This document shows, one piece after another, positions 28,401 to 41,400 of a DNA stretch of 64,000 nt. The DNA is from Anolis carolinensis (Eukaryota). Below the pieces are notes generated by a model that saw only the letters and a list, made by a program, of their open reading frames with translations, was not told the DNA's origin and ran no database searches. The position numbers were made by a program, and so were the translations under genes. Every line of letters begins with the position of its first letter. Within the stretch, counting starts at the first letter, position 1. The stretch covers positions 22,749,791 to 22,813,790 of the forward strand of contig NW_026943821.1 of assembly GCF_035594765.1 (NCBI RefSeq), read 5' to 3'.

Positions 28401-29680
28401 CTAGAAATGTTGCTTGAGCTTGTTCAGGGTGTTGTCGTGTGCCGGGGCTCACCTGGTCTCAAGGGCTGAGGTTTATTCAAACAAACACAAAGTAATACAA
28501 GATCATATTTACTTATGAAAAAAAACTAAAGTCTAGAGTCCTTCAAGGCCTGGCCAACAAAAGAAAATTGCAGGATATAGTCAGAGTAACGATGAACACA
28601 AGCCAAGATCAAATGTCCCATTAATGCAGACAAGTTAAGTACTACAGTGTCAAGTCATGAGCAAGAATAAACAGTAGCCAAGGTAGCAGTCCAATAGTCG
28701 GATACCAGGAATTCAAGTCTGGGAAGGGGCTTTTACTGCCGTCAGTAACTTCTTCTGAGGATCACCAAGAGACTTAGAACAAGTAGAGGTGGTGCTTTGT
28801 TTGTCCTTTCATTCCAACAGTCCAAGACTGGAAGACGCAGGTTGTAGTGTGAGAGTGAAAACCAGCGGTAATGGATTGTTTGTCCAGGCTGCACTAGGAA
28901 ACAAGACGATGTGAGGTTGCAGGAGATAACTATCCTTCAGTGAGGAGGGCAACTGCAGTTTTGTTTGTTATTACTTAGGAGGCTGCTGATTGACATTGAT
29001 TGTCAGCCATTTGGTTTCATTTATTCTTTAGAAGGTGGCAATGAAGATATAGGGAACAGGCAGATGCTTCAGTTCCATGAAGTGTGGAGACAGAGGATGG
29101 CACTCTTCCTATCTGCAGGAGCTGCTGTGCAGGATAAACAAACAGTGAATAAAAGTTCACATCCTTGGCTACAAAAAGCAAGAAGGTGGAAGGTAGGTGT
29201 TGTGTTAGGAAGCAAGGTTTTAGTGTTGTTTGAATTCAGTGCTTCTGGTCTGAGAGGGACCTGGAGAGAGAACGCCATGTTTGTCAGTAGCTGAAAGAGA
29301 ACTGAAGCCATTATCTTTCTCGTTGGCACTTGTTCATAAGGTATTGCACAGAAAAGTTCAGCCCCAGATGTTACTATGGTGCCTATCGCTCTTGTAGTTC
29401 CTTTCCGCAGCAACTGTTCTCATGGTTCAAGCAATAGCTGCGCAAATTGAGGAGCCTCACTACCATGCAGTACAGCTCTTGGGGTAGCACTGCTGGGTAA
29501 ATCCTCTCTCCCACCAGCAGCATATTGAACTTACCCATATTGAACAAATAAAACTAATGGGCACCAAATATTCCCTCTGAAATGGTCACCCCAGAATGGC
29601 AAGGTCATCATGAAAAACAAGAAAGTGGAAAGTAGGCAAAGAGGAAGCACAGCTTTCGTCGTTGCTGGTTGTCCAGATTC

Positions 29681-31846
29681 AGTGCTTCTGGCCCGAGAGG
29701 GACCTGGAGAGAGAACGGCTGGCTTGCCCGTTGTGGCATCTATGAGATCCGGAGCTTCTGGTCCGAGAGGGATCTGGAGAGAGAACAGCTGGCTTGTCCG
29801 TTGTGGCATCTATGAGATCCGGAGCTTCTGGTCCGAGAGGGACCTGGAGAGAGAACGTCTGGCTTGTCCGTTGTGGCATCTATGAAATCTAGTGCTTCTG
29901 GCCTGAGAGGGACCTGGAGAGAGAACGGCTGGCTTGCCCGTTGTGGCATCTATGAGATCCAGAGCTTCTGGTCCGAGAGGGACCTGGAGAGAGAACAGCT
30001 GGCTTGTCCATTGTGTCATCCATGAGATCTAATGCTTCTGGCCCGAGAGGGACCTGGAGAGAGAACGGCTGGCTTGCCTGTTGTGGCTTCTATCAGGTTC
30101 AGTGCTTCTGATCCGAGAGGGACCTGGAGAGAGAACATCTGGCTTGTCCGTTGTGGCATCTATGAAATCCAGCACTTCTGGCCCGAGAGGGACCTGGAGA
30201 GAGAAAGGCTGGCTTGTCCGTTGTGTCATCTATGAGATCCAGAGCTTCTGGCCCGAGAGGGACCTGGAGAGAGAACGGCTGGCTTGCCTGTTGTGGCTTC
30301 TATCAGGTTCAGTGCTTCTGATCCGAGAGGGACCTGGAGAGAGAACAGCTGGCTTGTCCGTTGTGTCATCCATGAGATCTAATGCTTCTGGCCCAAGAGG
30401 GACCTGGAGAGAGAACGGCTGGCTTGCCTGTTGTGGCGTCTATCAGATTCGGTGCTTCTGGTCCGAGAGGGACCTGGAGAGAGAACAGCTGGCTCTTCCG
30501 TTGTAGCATCTATGAGATCCGGTGCTTCTGGTTCAAGAGAGATCTGGAGAGAGAACGTCTGGCTTGTCCGTTGTGTCATCTATGAGATCTAGTGCTTCTG
30601 GCCCGAGAGGGACCTGGAGAGAGAACGGCTGGCTTGCCTGTTGTGGCATCTATGAGATCCGGAGCTTCTGGTCTGAGAGGGACCTGGAGAGAGAACAGCT
30701 GGCTTGTCTGTTGTGGCATCTATGAAATCCAGTGCTTCTGGTTCGAGAGGGACCTGGAGAGAGAATGGCTGACTTGCCTGTTGTGGCTTCTATGAAATCC
30801 AGTGCTTCTGTCCAAGAGGGACCTGGAGAGAGAACATCTGGCTTGTCCGTTCTGTCATCTATGAAATCCAGTGTTTCTGGTCCGAGAGGGACCTGGAGAG
30901 ACAATGGCTGGCTTGTCTGTCATAGCATCCATCAGGTTCAGTGCCTCTGATCCGAGAGAGACCTGGAGAGAGAACGGGTGGCTTGCCTGTTGTGGCATCT
31001 ATGTGATCCGGATCTTCTGGCCCGAGAGGGACCTGGAGAGAGAACGGCTGGCTTGCCTGTTGTGGCATCTATGAGATCTGGAGCTTCTGGCCCGAGAGGG
31101 ACCTGGAGAGAGAACGGATGGCTTGCCTGTCATAGCATCCATCAGGTTCAGTGCATCTGGTCCGAGAGGGACCTGGAGAGAGAACGGGTGGCTAGTCTGT
31201 TGTGGCATCTATGAGATCCAGAGCTTCTGGTCCGAGGGGGACCTGGAGAGAGAACAGCTGGCTCTCCCGTTGTGGTATCCATGAGATCCGGTGCTTCTGA
31301 TCCAAGAGGGACCTGGAGAGAGAAGGGCTGGCTCTCCCGTTGTGGTATCCATGAGATCCGGTGCTTCTGATCCGAGAGGAACCTGGAGAGAGAACGGCTG
31401 GCTTGCCTGTTGTGGCATCTATGAGATCTGGAGCTTCTGGCCCGAGAGGGACCTGGAGAGAGAACGGCTGGCTTGCCTGTCATAGCATCCATTAGGTTCA
31501 AGTGCCTCTGGTCCAAGAGGGATCTGGAGAAAGAACGGCTTGCTTGCCCATTGTGGCATCTATGAAATCCAGTGCTTCTGGTCTGAGAGGGACCTGGAGA
31601 GAGAACGGCTGGCTTGTCCGTTGTGGCATCTATGGGATCCAGTGTTTCTGGTCTGAGAGGGACCTGGAGAGAGAATGGCTGACTTTCCCGTTGTGGCATC
31701 TATGGGATCCAGTGTTTCTGGCCCGAGAGGGACCTGGAGAGAGAATGGCTGACTTTCCCGTTGTGGCATCTATGAGATCCAGCACTTCTGGCCCGAGAGG
31801 GACCTGGAGAGAGAACGGCCGGCTCGCATGTTGTGACATCCATCAG
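29681..31846. repeat. 70-bp minisatellite, ~31 copies
   Basis: Unit is approximately AGTGCTTCTGGCCCGAGAGGGACCTGGAGAGAGAACGGCTGGCTTGCCCGTTGTGGCATCTATGAGATCC. An isolated partial unit lies at ~29237-29275. Confidence 0.95.
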
Positions 31847-32896
31847 TGAGGTGGACATCTTCCCTGGTTATCTGTCAATGAAAGAGAACTTGATCCTCTT
31901 GGTAGCCTATGAGGCTTTCCCGGCAAGATTTGTTCCGACGGGCTTTGCCTTTGCCTTCCTTGGAGGTTGAGAGAGTGTGACTCCCTCCAGGCTGAGCAAT
32001 GGGGATTCGAACCATGGTTTCCAGAGCTGTCGTCCCCACGTTCAAACCACAACACCCTCATTCATACAGATGTAAGACTTGCCAATATTTTTGCCAAAGA
32101 AGTTAATGTGATCCGAGTAAGTTGTCCCCAGAAACTGAAAACTCTGCATTGAATTGTCTGCAGTGTTAATTTCTGAGGTAATATTCAAATTTCCAACTGC
32201 CAAAACGGACACAATTGTGAGGCAAAAGGTTCATGGTGCCATAATGTAACTTATATTCAGTTATTAAATCAGGCATGGGCAAACCTGGGCCTTCTGGGTG
32301 TTTTGGACTTCAACTCCCACCATTCCTAACAGCCTCGGGCCCTTTCTTTTTTCTCCCTCCGCCATCTTTAAACAACAACGAGAGGTCCTTCTTCCTTCCT
32401 CTGTGGTGCCTCATAAAATGGCTTCTCTTATCCTTTGTTATGTGCAAATACTCAGTTTATGGCGATCTTCTCAAAAGGGTTTCTCAGAAACGTTTCCTCA
32501 AACGACGTTAGCCATTACCTGAACGTAACTTGCCCATTGTGGCTTTCTACGGCCATGTAGGCCCGGATTTCTTCTCAAATCACCTCACAACATGGTGGCC
32601 TAAATTGTGATAATGAATCCATGATGGTTGCCTTTATTGGGGTTTGCCATGGGCTTCTCTTTTCCTTTGTCACGTGCAAAAAAATCAGTTTTTGGCAATC
32701 CTCTCAAAAGGGTTTCTAGCCAGGGCATTGATCATGTTTTAACTGTTTTAAAATTGTTGTTGTTGTATGCTTTTTTGATGTATTTATTGCTGTGTTTGAA
32801 TTTGTTTTTACTGTTGTATTTTTATATTGTTTGGGCATGGTCCTTTTGTAAGCCGCCCCGAGTCCCCTTGGAGAGATGGGGTGGGATATAAGAATA

Positions 32897-32951
<55 letters not shown>

Positions 32952-33603
32952 GTTGTTGTTGTTGTTGTTGTTGTTGCCTGAATGTAACTTGCCCTTTGTG
33001 GCTTTCTACGGCCATGTAGGCCCGGATTTCTTCTCAAATCACCTCACAACATGGTGGTCTAGGTTGTGATAACGAACCCATTCTATTATAGTTGCCTTCC
33101 TTGGTGATATTTATTGGGATTTGAGGACCAAACAAAGTCTGGGTTGTTGTGCATTCTGGTCATGTTCCAGAAGCACTCTCTCCTGACGTTTCGCCCACAT
33201 CTATGGCAGGCATATAAAACTAAGCAAGGGAGATTTATAATATATCTGTGGAAGGTCCAGGGTGGGAGAAAGAACTCTTGTGAGTTGCAGACCAGTGTGA
33301 ATGTTTGTAATTAATCCCTTTCATTAGCATTAATGGCCTTGCAAGCTTCATTCCTGCCTGAGCAAAGTCTGATCTTTGAGTCCTTATTTTGCCATTCAAA
33401 ACTCCAAAACATAGCTGTAATATAAATGCCAGTAATATTTCCGTTCACACACAAACTCTGAGGCACCGAGGACTGAGCAACAATTGAAAGACTGGTCTTG
33501 GAGTCCTTATTTCGCCATTCAAAACTAAAAAATATAGCTGTAATATGAATGTTAAAATGCCATTGATAATATTTCCCTACACACACAAACTCTGAGGCAA
33601 ATA

Positions 33604-33924
33604 CAGTAGTCTCACTTATCCAACATAAACGGGCCAGCAGAACGTTGGATAAGTGAATATGTTGGATAATAAGGAGGGATTAAGGAAAAGCCTATTAAAC
33701 ATCAAATTAGGTTATGATTTTACAAATTAAGCACCAAAACATCATGTTATACACCAAATTTGACAGAAAAAGTAGTTCAATACGCAGTAATGCTATGTTG
33801 TAATTGCTGTATTTACGAATTTAGCACCAAAATATCATGATATATTGAAAACATTGACTACAAAAATGCCTTGGATAATCCAGAACCTTGGATAAGCGAG
33901 TCTTAGATAAGTGAGACTCTACTG
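33604..33924. mobile_element. Tc1/mariner-type MITE
   Basis: Same family as 4981-5303, TA-flanked. Confidence 0.85.
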
Positions 33925-34056
33925 TATTTATTTATGATGTTATGTTGTTATGCTGGGCACATCCCTGTTGTAAGCCACCCTGAGTCCCTTCAGGGAGATG
34001 GTGGCAGGATACAGGAATAAATTATTATTATTATTATTACTATTATTATTATTATT

Positions 34057-34958
34057 AGAAACACAGTAAGATGAGTCCACAGCAGATACTCTGCTGGCTG
34101 TTGTATTGGATCACACATCAGACACTTCCCAAGTGTCTAGGATTGTGTGATATATCTGCGAATAATGCGTGCAGATCCCAGTCGGATGGTTTTATTTCTG
34201 CAGGTGACAGGTGGGGATTTTGTCAGCGCCGACTGTGTTTAAGTGCAGGCCAAGGCCTTTAGGCACTGCACCCAGTGTGCCGATCACCACTGGGACCACC
34301 TTGATTGGCTTGTGCCAGAGTCTTTGCAGTTCGATCTTTAAATCCTCATATCATGTCAGCTTTTCCAGTTGTTTCTCCTCAATCCTGCCATCACCTGGAA
34401 TTGCAACATCGACAATCCATACTTTGTTTTTTGGCACGATCGTGAGATCAGGAGTCTTGTGCTCCAAAACGGAAGTCTGAATTCGGAAGTCCCAGAGTAG
34501 CTTGACATGTTCATTCTTTGTAACTTTTTCCGGTTTGTGATCCCACCAGTTCTTTATTGCAGGCAAATGGTATTTGTGGGCCATGTTCCAATGAATCACC
34601 TGAGCAACGGTGTTATGCCTCTGCTTGTAGTCTGTAGTGCAATCTTCTTGCAGCAGCTGAGGATGGGATCTATTGTTTCATCTGCTTCCTTGCAGAGTCT
34701 ACATTTGGGATCTGTCGTCGACTTTTCAATTTTGGCTTTGATGGCATTGGTTCTAATGGCTTGTTCTTGGGCTGCCAGGATCAGGCCCTCCGTCTCCTTT
34801 TTCCAAGTTCCATTTGTGAGCCACAGCCATGTTTTTTCTTTGTCAATTTGGCTCTCGATTTTTTCCAGGAACTGTCCATGGAGAGCCTTCTTTCGCCAGT
34901 TTTCTCTTCTGCTCTGGATTGCGTTTTTATGGTATTCACTCTTTGTCTTTTGAACTTT
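34057..34958 (-). mobile_element. 5'-truncated R4/Dong-clade LINE (restriction-like endonuclease region)
   Basis: Peptides [10 protein letters not shown] and TPDLTIVPKNKVWIVDVAIPGDGRIEEK give a PD..D RLE motif, with a zinc-knuckle region upstream. Flanked on both sides by (TTA)n or (TTG)n. Confidence 0.8.
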
Positions 34959-34980
34959 TAAGCAGTTGTTGTTGTTGTTG

Positions 34981-35018
<38 letters not shown>

Positions 35019-35394
35019 GCAGCTTTAAAGCCTGGCTGACTCCTGCCTGGGGGACACCTTTGTTGGGAGGTGTTAGCTGGTCCTGATTGTTTCATGTCTG
35101 GAATTCCCCTTCCTTCCTCTTCTTTCTTTTCTCTTCTCTCTTCTCCCTTCCTTCCTTTTCCCTTTTTCTTTCCTTCCTTCCTTCTCACCATATCTTTCCC
35201 CCTTTCCTTTCCTCCAGCTGGCCATCTGGCAATGCCTGGCTGCAAAAAGAGGGATGGGAAGCCTTTAGTCCTGCAAAGACATTGCATTTCTTCCTCCATT
35301 CCTATTGCCTCTGCTTCTTGGGCCCAGAATGCCAGACATAAACATTGCAGTCTTGCAGCCTCTTTCAAAGCACAGCCTTTTTGGAAGCCACGAG

Positions 35395-35441
35395 GTCACG
35401 TGACGCCCTGTCCTCCCGGGCTTGAGGCGTGGGTCATGTGA
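35395..35441 (+). promoter_or_regulatory. CLEAR element and M-box-like site (TFEB/TFE3/MITF) at the PPT1 promoter
   Basis: Perfect GTCACGTGAC at 35395-35404 and GTCATGTGA at 35433-35441, within 60 nt of the ATG of a lysosomal gene. Confidence 0.8.
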
Positions 35442-35451
35442 TACACCCAAG

Positions 35452-38400
35452 ATGGCGTCGATCAGGCTGTTTGTGTCTTTTGTGCTGCTCTCAGGAGCCT
35501 TTTGCCGGATGGAGCCGGTGCCTCTGGTGATTTGGCACGGCATGGGTGAGTGCCAACGGCTCTATATCACGTTTTGTCCTCTGCAGGAGTATTTGTTTTA
35601 GAAATTAAAATACAGGAAACCGCTTTACTCTGTAACCTGTGAGACAGCTCTGAGAGTTTGACCAGTCTGGTAAACTTGGTGTAGAACAGACATAGGCAAA
35701 CTTGGGCCCTCCAGATGTTTTGGACTTCAACTCCCACCATTCCTAACAGCCTCAGGCCTCTTCCTTTTCCCCCTCAGCCGCTTAAGCGGCTGAGGGGGAA
35801 AAGGAAGAGGCCTGAGGCTGTTAGGAATGGTGGGAGTTGAAGTCCAAAATACCTGGAGGGCCCAAGTTTGCCCATGCCTGCTGTAGCATGGACGTCGTTT
35901 GTCACAATTTTAATTGCTATAGCTCAGTGCTCTTGAATTGTTGGAATTGCAGTTTTACAAGGTCTGGAGCATTCTCTGCCCAAGAGGGATGGAGCCCCAC
36001 AAGACCACATCTCCCAGAATCCAGTAACCCCAGTAAATGTGGTGCTAAGTAAAGGTAAAGGTTTCCCCTGACGTTTAAGTCTTGAGAGTTGGTGCTCATC
36101 TCCATTTCTAAGCCAAAGAGCCGGGGTTGTCTGTAGACACCTCCAAGGTCATGTGGCTGGCATGACTGCATGGAGCGCCGTTACCTTCCCGCCGGAGCGG
36201 TACCTATCGATCTACTCACATTGGCATGTTTTCGAACTGCTAGGTTGGCAGAAGCTGGAGCTAACAGCGGGTGCTCAAGCCGCTCCCGGGATTTGAACCT
36301 GCGACCTTTCGGTCTGCAAGTTCAGCAGCTCAGTGCTTTAACGCACTTCACCACCGGGGCTCCTTAAATGTGGTGCTAAACTGCATTAATTCTACAAGGT
36401 AAATTTATCCTTGGTGGGTGACTCCAGAGTTGAACCATGCTGTATATAACATTTGAGTTAAAAAAGATCCCCCCCCCAAATCCCCACAACATTTTGAGAC
36501 ACTTAACATCTCAGAAATTCTTACCATAAGCATCTTTATAATTACCGGTTATGCGGTTTATTATTACATTAATAATTGGTTACATATTTATATTTATAGT
36601 TGTCCCTGCACAACGCTGGCACAATAACAGTTGGTTTTTCAGGTTTTTATTTCTTGTCACCAGCCTTCTGGCAGGCAAATAATAATAATGTGTTGTCGAA
36701 GACTTTCATGGCCGGAATCACTGGGTTGCTGTGAGTTTTCTGGGCTGTATGGCCATGTTCCAGAAGCATTCTCTCTTGACGCTTTGCTCACATCTATGGC
36801 AGGCATCCTCAGAGGTTGTGAGATGTTGGAAACGAGGCAAGTGGAGTTTATATATCTGTACAATGTTCAGGGTGGGAGAAAGAACTCTTGTCTGCCTGAG
36901 GCAAGTGTGGCATAGTGCTTTGATAATGATTCTGAGAGATCAAGATTCAGTTTGCACCTCAGCGAACAGAAACCCACTGGGTAACCCTAGGCAAGTCATA
37001 CATTCTCAGCCTCAGAAAACCCAGTGGCAGGATTGCTGTAAGTCGGGAACGACCTGAAGGCATATAATTACAACAATAAAATAACTAAATCACACTGAGT
37101 TATACAGACAAATAGCATTATAACAAAGAGTTTCAACATCAACCACTCCTATTTTAAGTTATGTTAATTTGACCTATGTACTTTTTTTGTATTGTTTTAA
37201 CTATTACTTGCTGTAAGCCACCCTAAATCCCTTCCTGGAGAGGGGGCGGGATATAAATAAAATTTATTATTCTTGTTTCTCGGTTCCCCATTTCCAAAGT
37301 AGATACTGTATTGTTATCAGAATGGAAGTGACAAGATGTATGACATTTACATAACTTTCTTCCTACCAAGTCAGTCTCTCGTTGCTTTTGTTGCAGTCTA
37401 GAGTGAAGTTAGGTCTACTTCAGGCTTGTGAAATCTTCAGGAGCAAAATAGTGGGACAGGCTGGTAGCTGTCCATGAGAATTAAGGAACATATGGTCTCT
37501 TATCATGTGATCAAATATCTCGAAGTGCAAGATCTGTACTACAACTGAACTCATAAACTCCTTTGTTTCTCAATATATCTTGGAAGCTAAGAAGGGTCAA
37601 CTCTGGTTAGGATTTGAACTGAGGCTGCCAATGAATTACCAGCTGCATTACAGATGAAGAAACTGGCAAAACCACTTCTGAAGATTCTTCTATGAAATTC
37701 ATGGAATTGCCATAAGTTGACAGGCAACCTGAAGGCACATCTGTATACATAATAAAAATTCTAGAAGATAATAAATAAATAAATAGAAAATCAGTGCTCT
37801 TATTAGCAGTAGTAAGGCAGTATTTTGAAGGGACACTTGAAAGTATTAGAAGAGCAGGAGCAAAGACTATAATTTTAAAGTGAAAATAATTCCCATGCTC
37901 CTCTTCCTGGACTTAAGCTAATTGGGAAGAATATTTTAGGTGGTGAAAAACAGGAAGAGGCTTCTTGAAACCTGAACTGGCGTCAGTCTGCCCTTTACAC
38001 CTGACTCACTATAATTGGATCATGAAGGGGGAAAATTGAATCATTGCAGTGGGATGAAACTGGGTGTTCAAGACCCATCTAAAGTATTCCAAACACTTTA
38101 ATGTTAAGATGCAGATGCACTTGAGTACACCCACTTGCTGCTGAAAATGCAGACACAAACGATCAGGTATGTACAGATATAGAAAGCTGCCATATACAGG
38201 CAGCCCTCCATATTTGCTGGCATTTGGGATACAAGATACCCATAGATGTGGGAAAACCACAAAAAATCAGATTTTTTGAACTGGAGATAACATCTCTTCT
38301 AGATGTTGACCATAGAATCATGCTGAAGTCCTAACAAATGCCTAGAGAAATGATTTGTCAAGAAAGCTCTAGGTCTTAACACACAACTTCATGTTGGAAT

Positions 38401-41400
38401 TTGGCCATAGAGTCTTGTTGGAGAACCTAGAGATTCTTATAGAGAACATATTAATCAAATCTGCAAAAATGAAACCTGCAAATGTGGAGGGCTGGCTATA
38501 ATGAGTCAGATCATTTGTCTGCCTATCTCAGGGCTACGAATTCTGACTGGCAGCATATTTCTGCATAGGATACTTGTTGCTAGCTTTAGTTGAATCTTCC
38601 TGGTAAATTCTCAGGAATTTAGATTTAGGGAGATACTTTCTCTGCTGCCATTAATATTCTGTAGCTGGTGATTGAAATTCATGTCATGCGCATAGTATTA
38701 GCAATGCAGAAAGTGGAGGCAGCAGACTTTCTGGTTCTTTTCCAAAGCCATTGATATAAAGTATAAAAAAAAGTTTGGCTGTGTCATACAGTGGAAATTA
38801 TACTCATGAATTTTATTTGTTTGTTTTATTTTATATCCAAAGTGGCTTTTTCCACTTAGATAATGCTTTAGTTTCCATCTAAATTGCCCCAGGATCTTTA
38901 TGACTAAGATGATTGACAAACCTATAGGAAATAAAGATAGTATTTGAGTTTCTTTCCAAAGTCTTCCATTCTCCATATTCTGGTCTAGAGGCCAGAACGT
39001 CTTCTGCTGTGTTTCTTACTTTCATATCCTTGTCTTTCCTCCAAGGAGCTGAAGATGTTGGGCATAATTTCCCTTTTTTTCTTTGCAGCAACTCCTTAAG
39101 TATCTCATGAAGGCATCTATGAGGGTGCTTTCTGACATCAAGGTTTCATTTCAATCTAAACATTTGATGTTGTAAGAAAGAGCAACCAAAAGTTCATTCT
39201 CTGATCAGATTGGTTACTATCAGAAGTTGGAATTCAGAAACGGGACTGCCTTGCATCCCAATTGTACATGAATTGAATTGTGTCTACATTCATTATTTAT
39301 GTTGGCTGTATGAAAACTTTTATCCCTTCTGAAATAAAATGTTAGGCTGTCAGAATTGTCCAAAGGGGACTGATTTCATGATTAATAATCTTCTTGCCCT
39401 TTATTTTTTCTTAAATTGTAGGTGATAGCTGTTGCAATCCCGAAAGCATGGGTTACATTAAAAAAATAGTGGAGAAGAAAATCCCAGGGATTTATGTTCT
39501 TTCTCTGAAGATTGGCAGTACTTTGATTGAGGTGACTTTATTTTTATTATTCATGTGTTCACTATGTGGAGAAGTTGACCTGGTGTTCATCAAATTTTAT
39601 GTAGTATCTGTTAAACTAGGATTTATACATTACTTCTCTGCCCACCAAAGTCATGTATTGTAAGATGAATTTTTTTTAAAAAAAAACTAATCAAAGCCAG
39701 GTGAAATAATCTGGTTTTCACTACTTGTCAGAAGTTCAACACGGATGCAGCTAGAGTGACTTCACTTGGAAAGGACTGCTATACTCCGGGTGCAACTATG
39801 GAAAACCCTGTGTTGTGTTTTCACCAACTCAGTTTCATGGATAGGTGAACATTCAACAGGGCCTCCACTGAATATTTCACATACCAGGCAGGCTTATGAA
39901 GTAGGAGGTAGTCTTTTAGTTATCTGGATTCCATCCTTATAGGGCTTTGTAGGTCAACATGAATACCTTGAAAGGAACTATGTGAATGGGAACCCTCCCT
40001 TCTAAAGTAGAACATGCAGATTCTAGCATTTAGTAGTGAATTGATAGCTGGTTGCAGCTATTGAAAGGAGTGGACAGGGCCACAGATCCAGCACCACCAG
40101 AAGAAAACAGGAGAGGTTGCTGTTTGGCGTTTTTCTAAAACTGTGCATCGGGATATAAATTAGAATTGAGCTGGAGAGCATATGATCCTTCCAATGTTTT
40201 TGGGCTACACCTTCCATCACCCCTGATCATTGTCTGTACTGACTGGAACTGATGGAAGTTGTAGCCTGGCAACATTTAAAAGATCACGGGTTGCTCCCGA
40301 TACATGTTGTGGAAGTAAGCAGTAGTTCTTTTGTCCCCAGTGGGCTGGGATGTTGAGGAAGGAGGCACACAAATCCAGTGTTGATGCCCAGAGCCCAATT
40401 TGGGTGGAATTCATCCTCCTCACATGCCTTGGCTGGATTTAGCAAGGTAAACAAACAGGTGGCTGGTGACAAACTAAACATTTCTTCTTTTTCAGGCATA
40501 ACAAATTTGTTCCCACTCCTGGCATACGTGGTGTGAGGGGCAGTTATGTGTTGAGAGGAACATGACAGGGTATACTATACACTTACTGAAAACAACAACT
40601 ACATAAGTAATGGGTTGGGTTTGACAGCTCGTTCCGTGATACAGTGGAGTAACCCCAAGGGATTTGCTAAAGCCTAAACAATAATTGGATTTAGACACAG
40701 ATCTGCTTATAAGCTATTTGAAACCATGATTGCATCTGGCTAGGCTTCCTTTAAGCCTAGTCTGTGCACAAGCTGCTGTCATTAGTCCTGAGATTGATAA
40801 GGGAGCTCATTCTCTTCCACTCTTGTGGTTTTGATTGTGTGGTGGAACTTGCAGTTAAGATCCATTTCCCACTCTGGCCACATTGATGCTCTCTCTTCGT
40901 TCTCCAAACAGTGAAGTGAGGAGTAACACTGACCTACTTGATTCCATAATATTATGTGGGTAAAGGATATGGGGAAGCCAGAAGGACAGCCTTCGTGTTT
41001 GTTTAGCCTTAGTGATAAAATGGAGTTACTAAGAGATCCATGTTTATTGAAAGAAAAAAGTCTGCACATAGGCACAAGGTGACTTCTCTTTTATGTATAC
41101 CTTCTGCAAAACAAGGGAAGAGGCGAAGGCCTGTGTGCTTACTAAAATGTTTACAATTGAAAAACTCTCTTGTCACCTCCATTCCCCCTTACCCTTCGCA
41201 GGACATGGAGAACAGCTTCTTTAAGAATGTCAATGACCAGGTGACACTTGTGTGTGATATGCTCGCAAAAGACCCCAAACTGAAAGGCGGCTACAATGCC
41301 ATGGGCTTCTCCCAGGGAGGACAATTCCTGTAAGTGTTTCAAGGTGGGGAATGATTTGGGGTTGAAAGTATGAGAGGGGAGGCATCTTGGATGGGACTGT

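Noticed and set aside
28430-29680. LTR/ERV-like segment flanking the minisatellite
   Set aside because: I could not identify a paired LTR, a primer-binding site or a gag/pol motif.
29681-31846. CRISPR-like array or repeat-protein gene
   Set aside because: The whole 70-bp unit is repeated with no unique spacers, and the context is eukaryotic. The period is not a multiple of 3, and stops limit most ORFs to ~70 aa.
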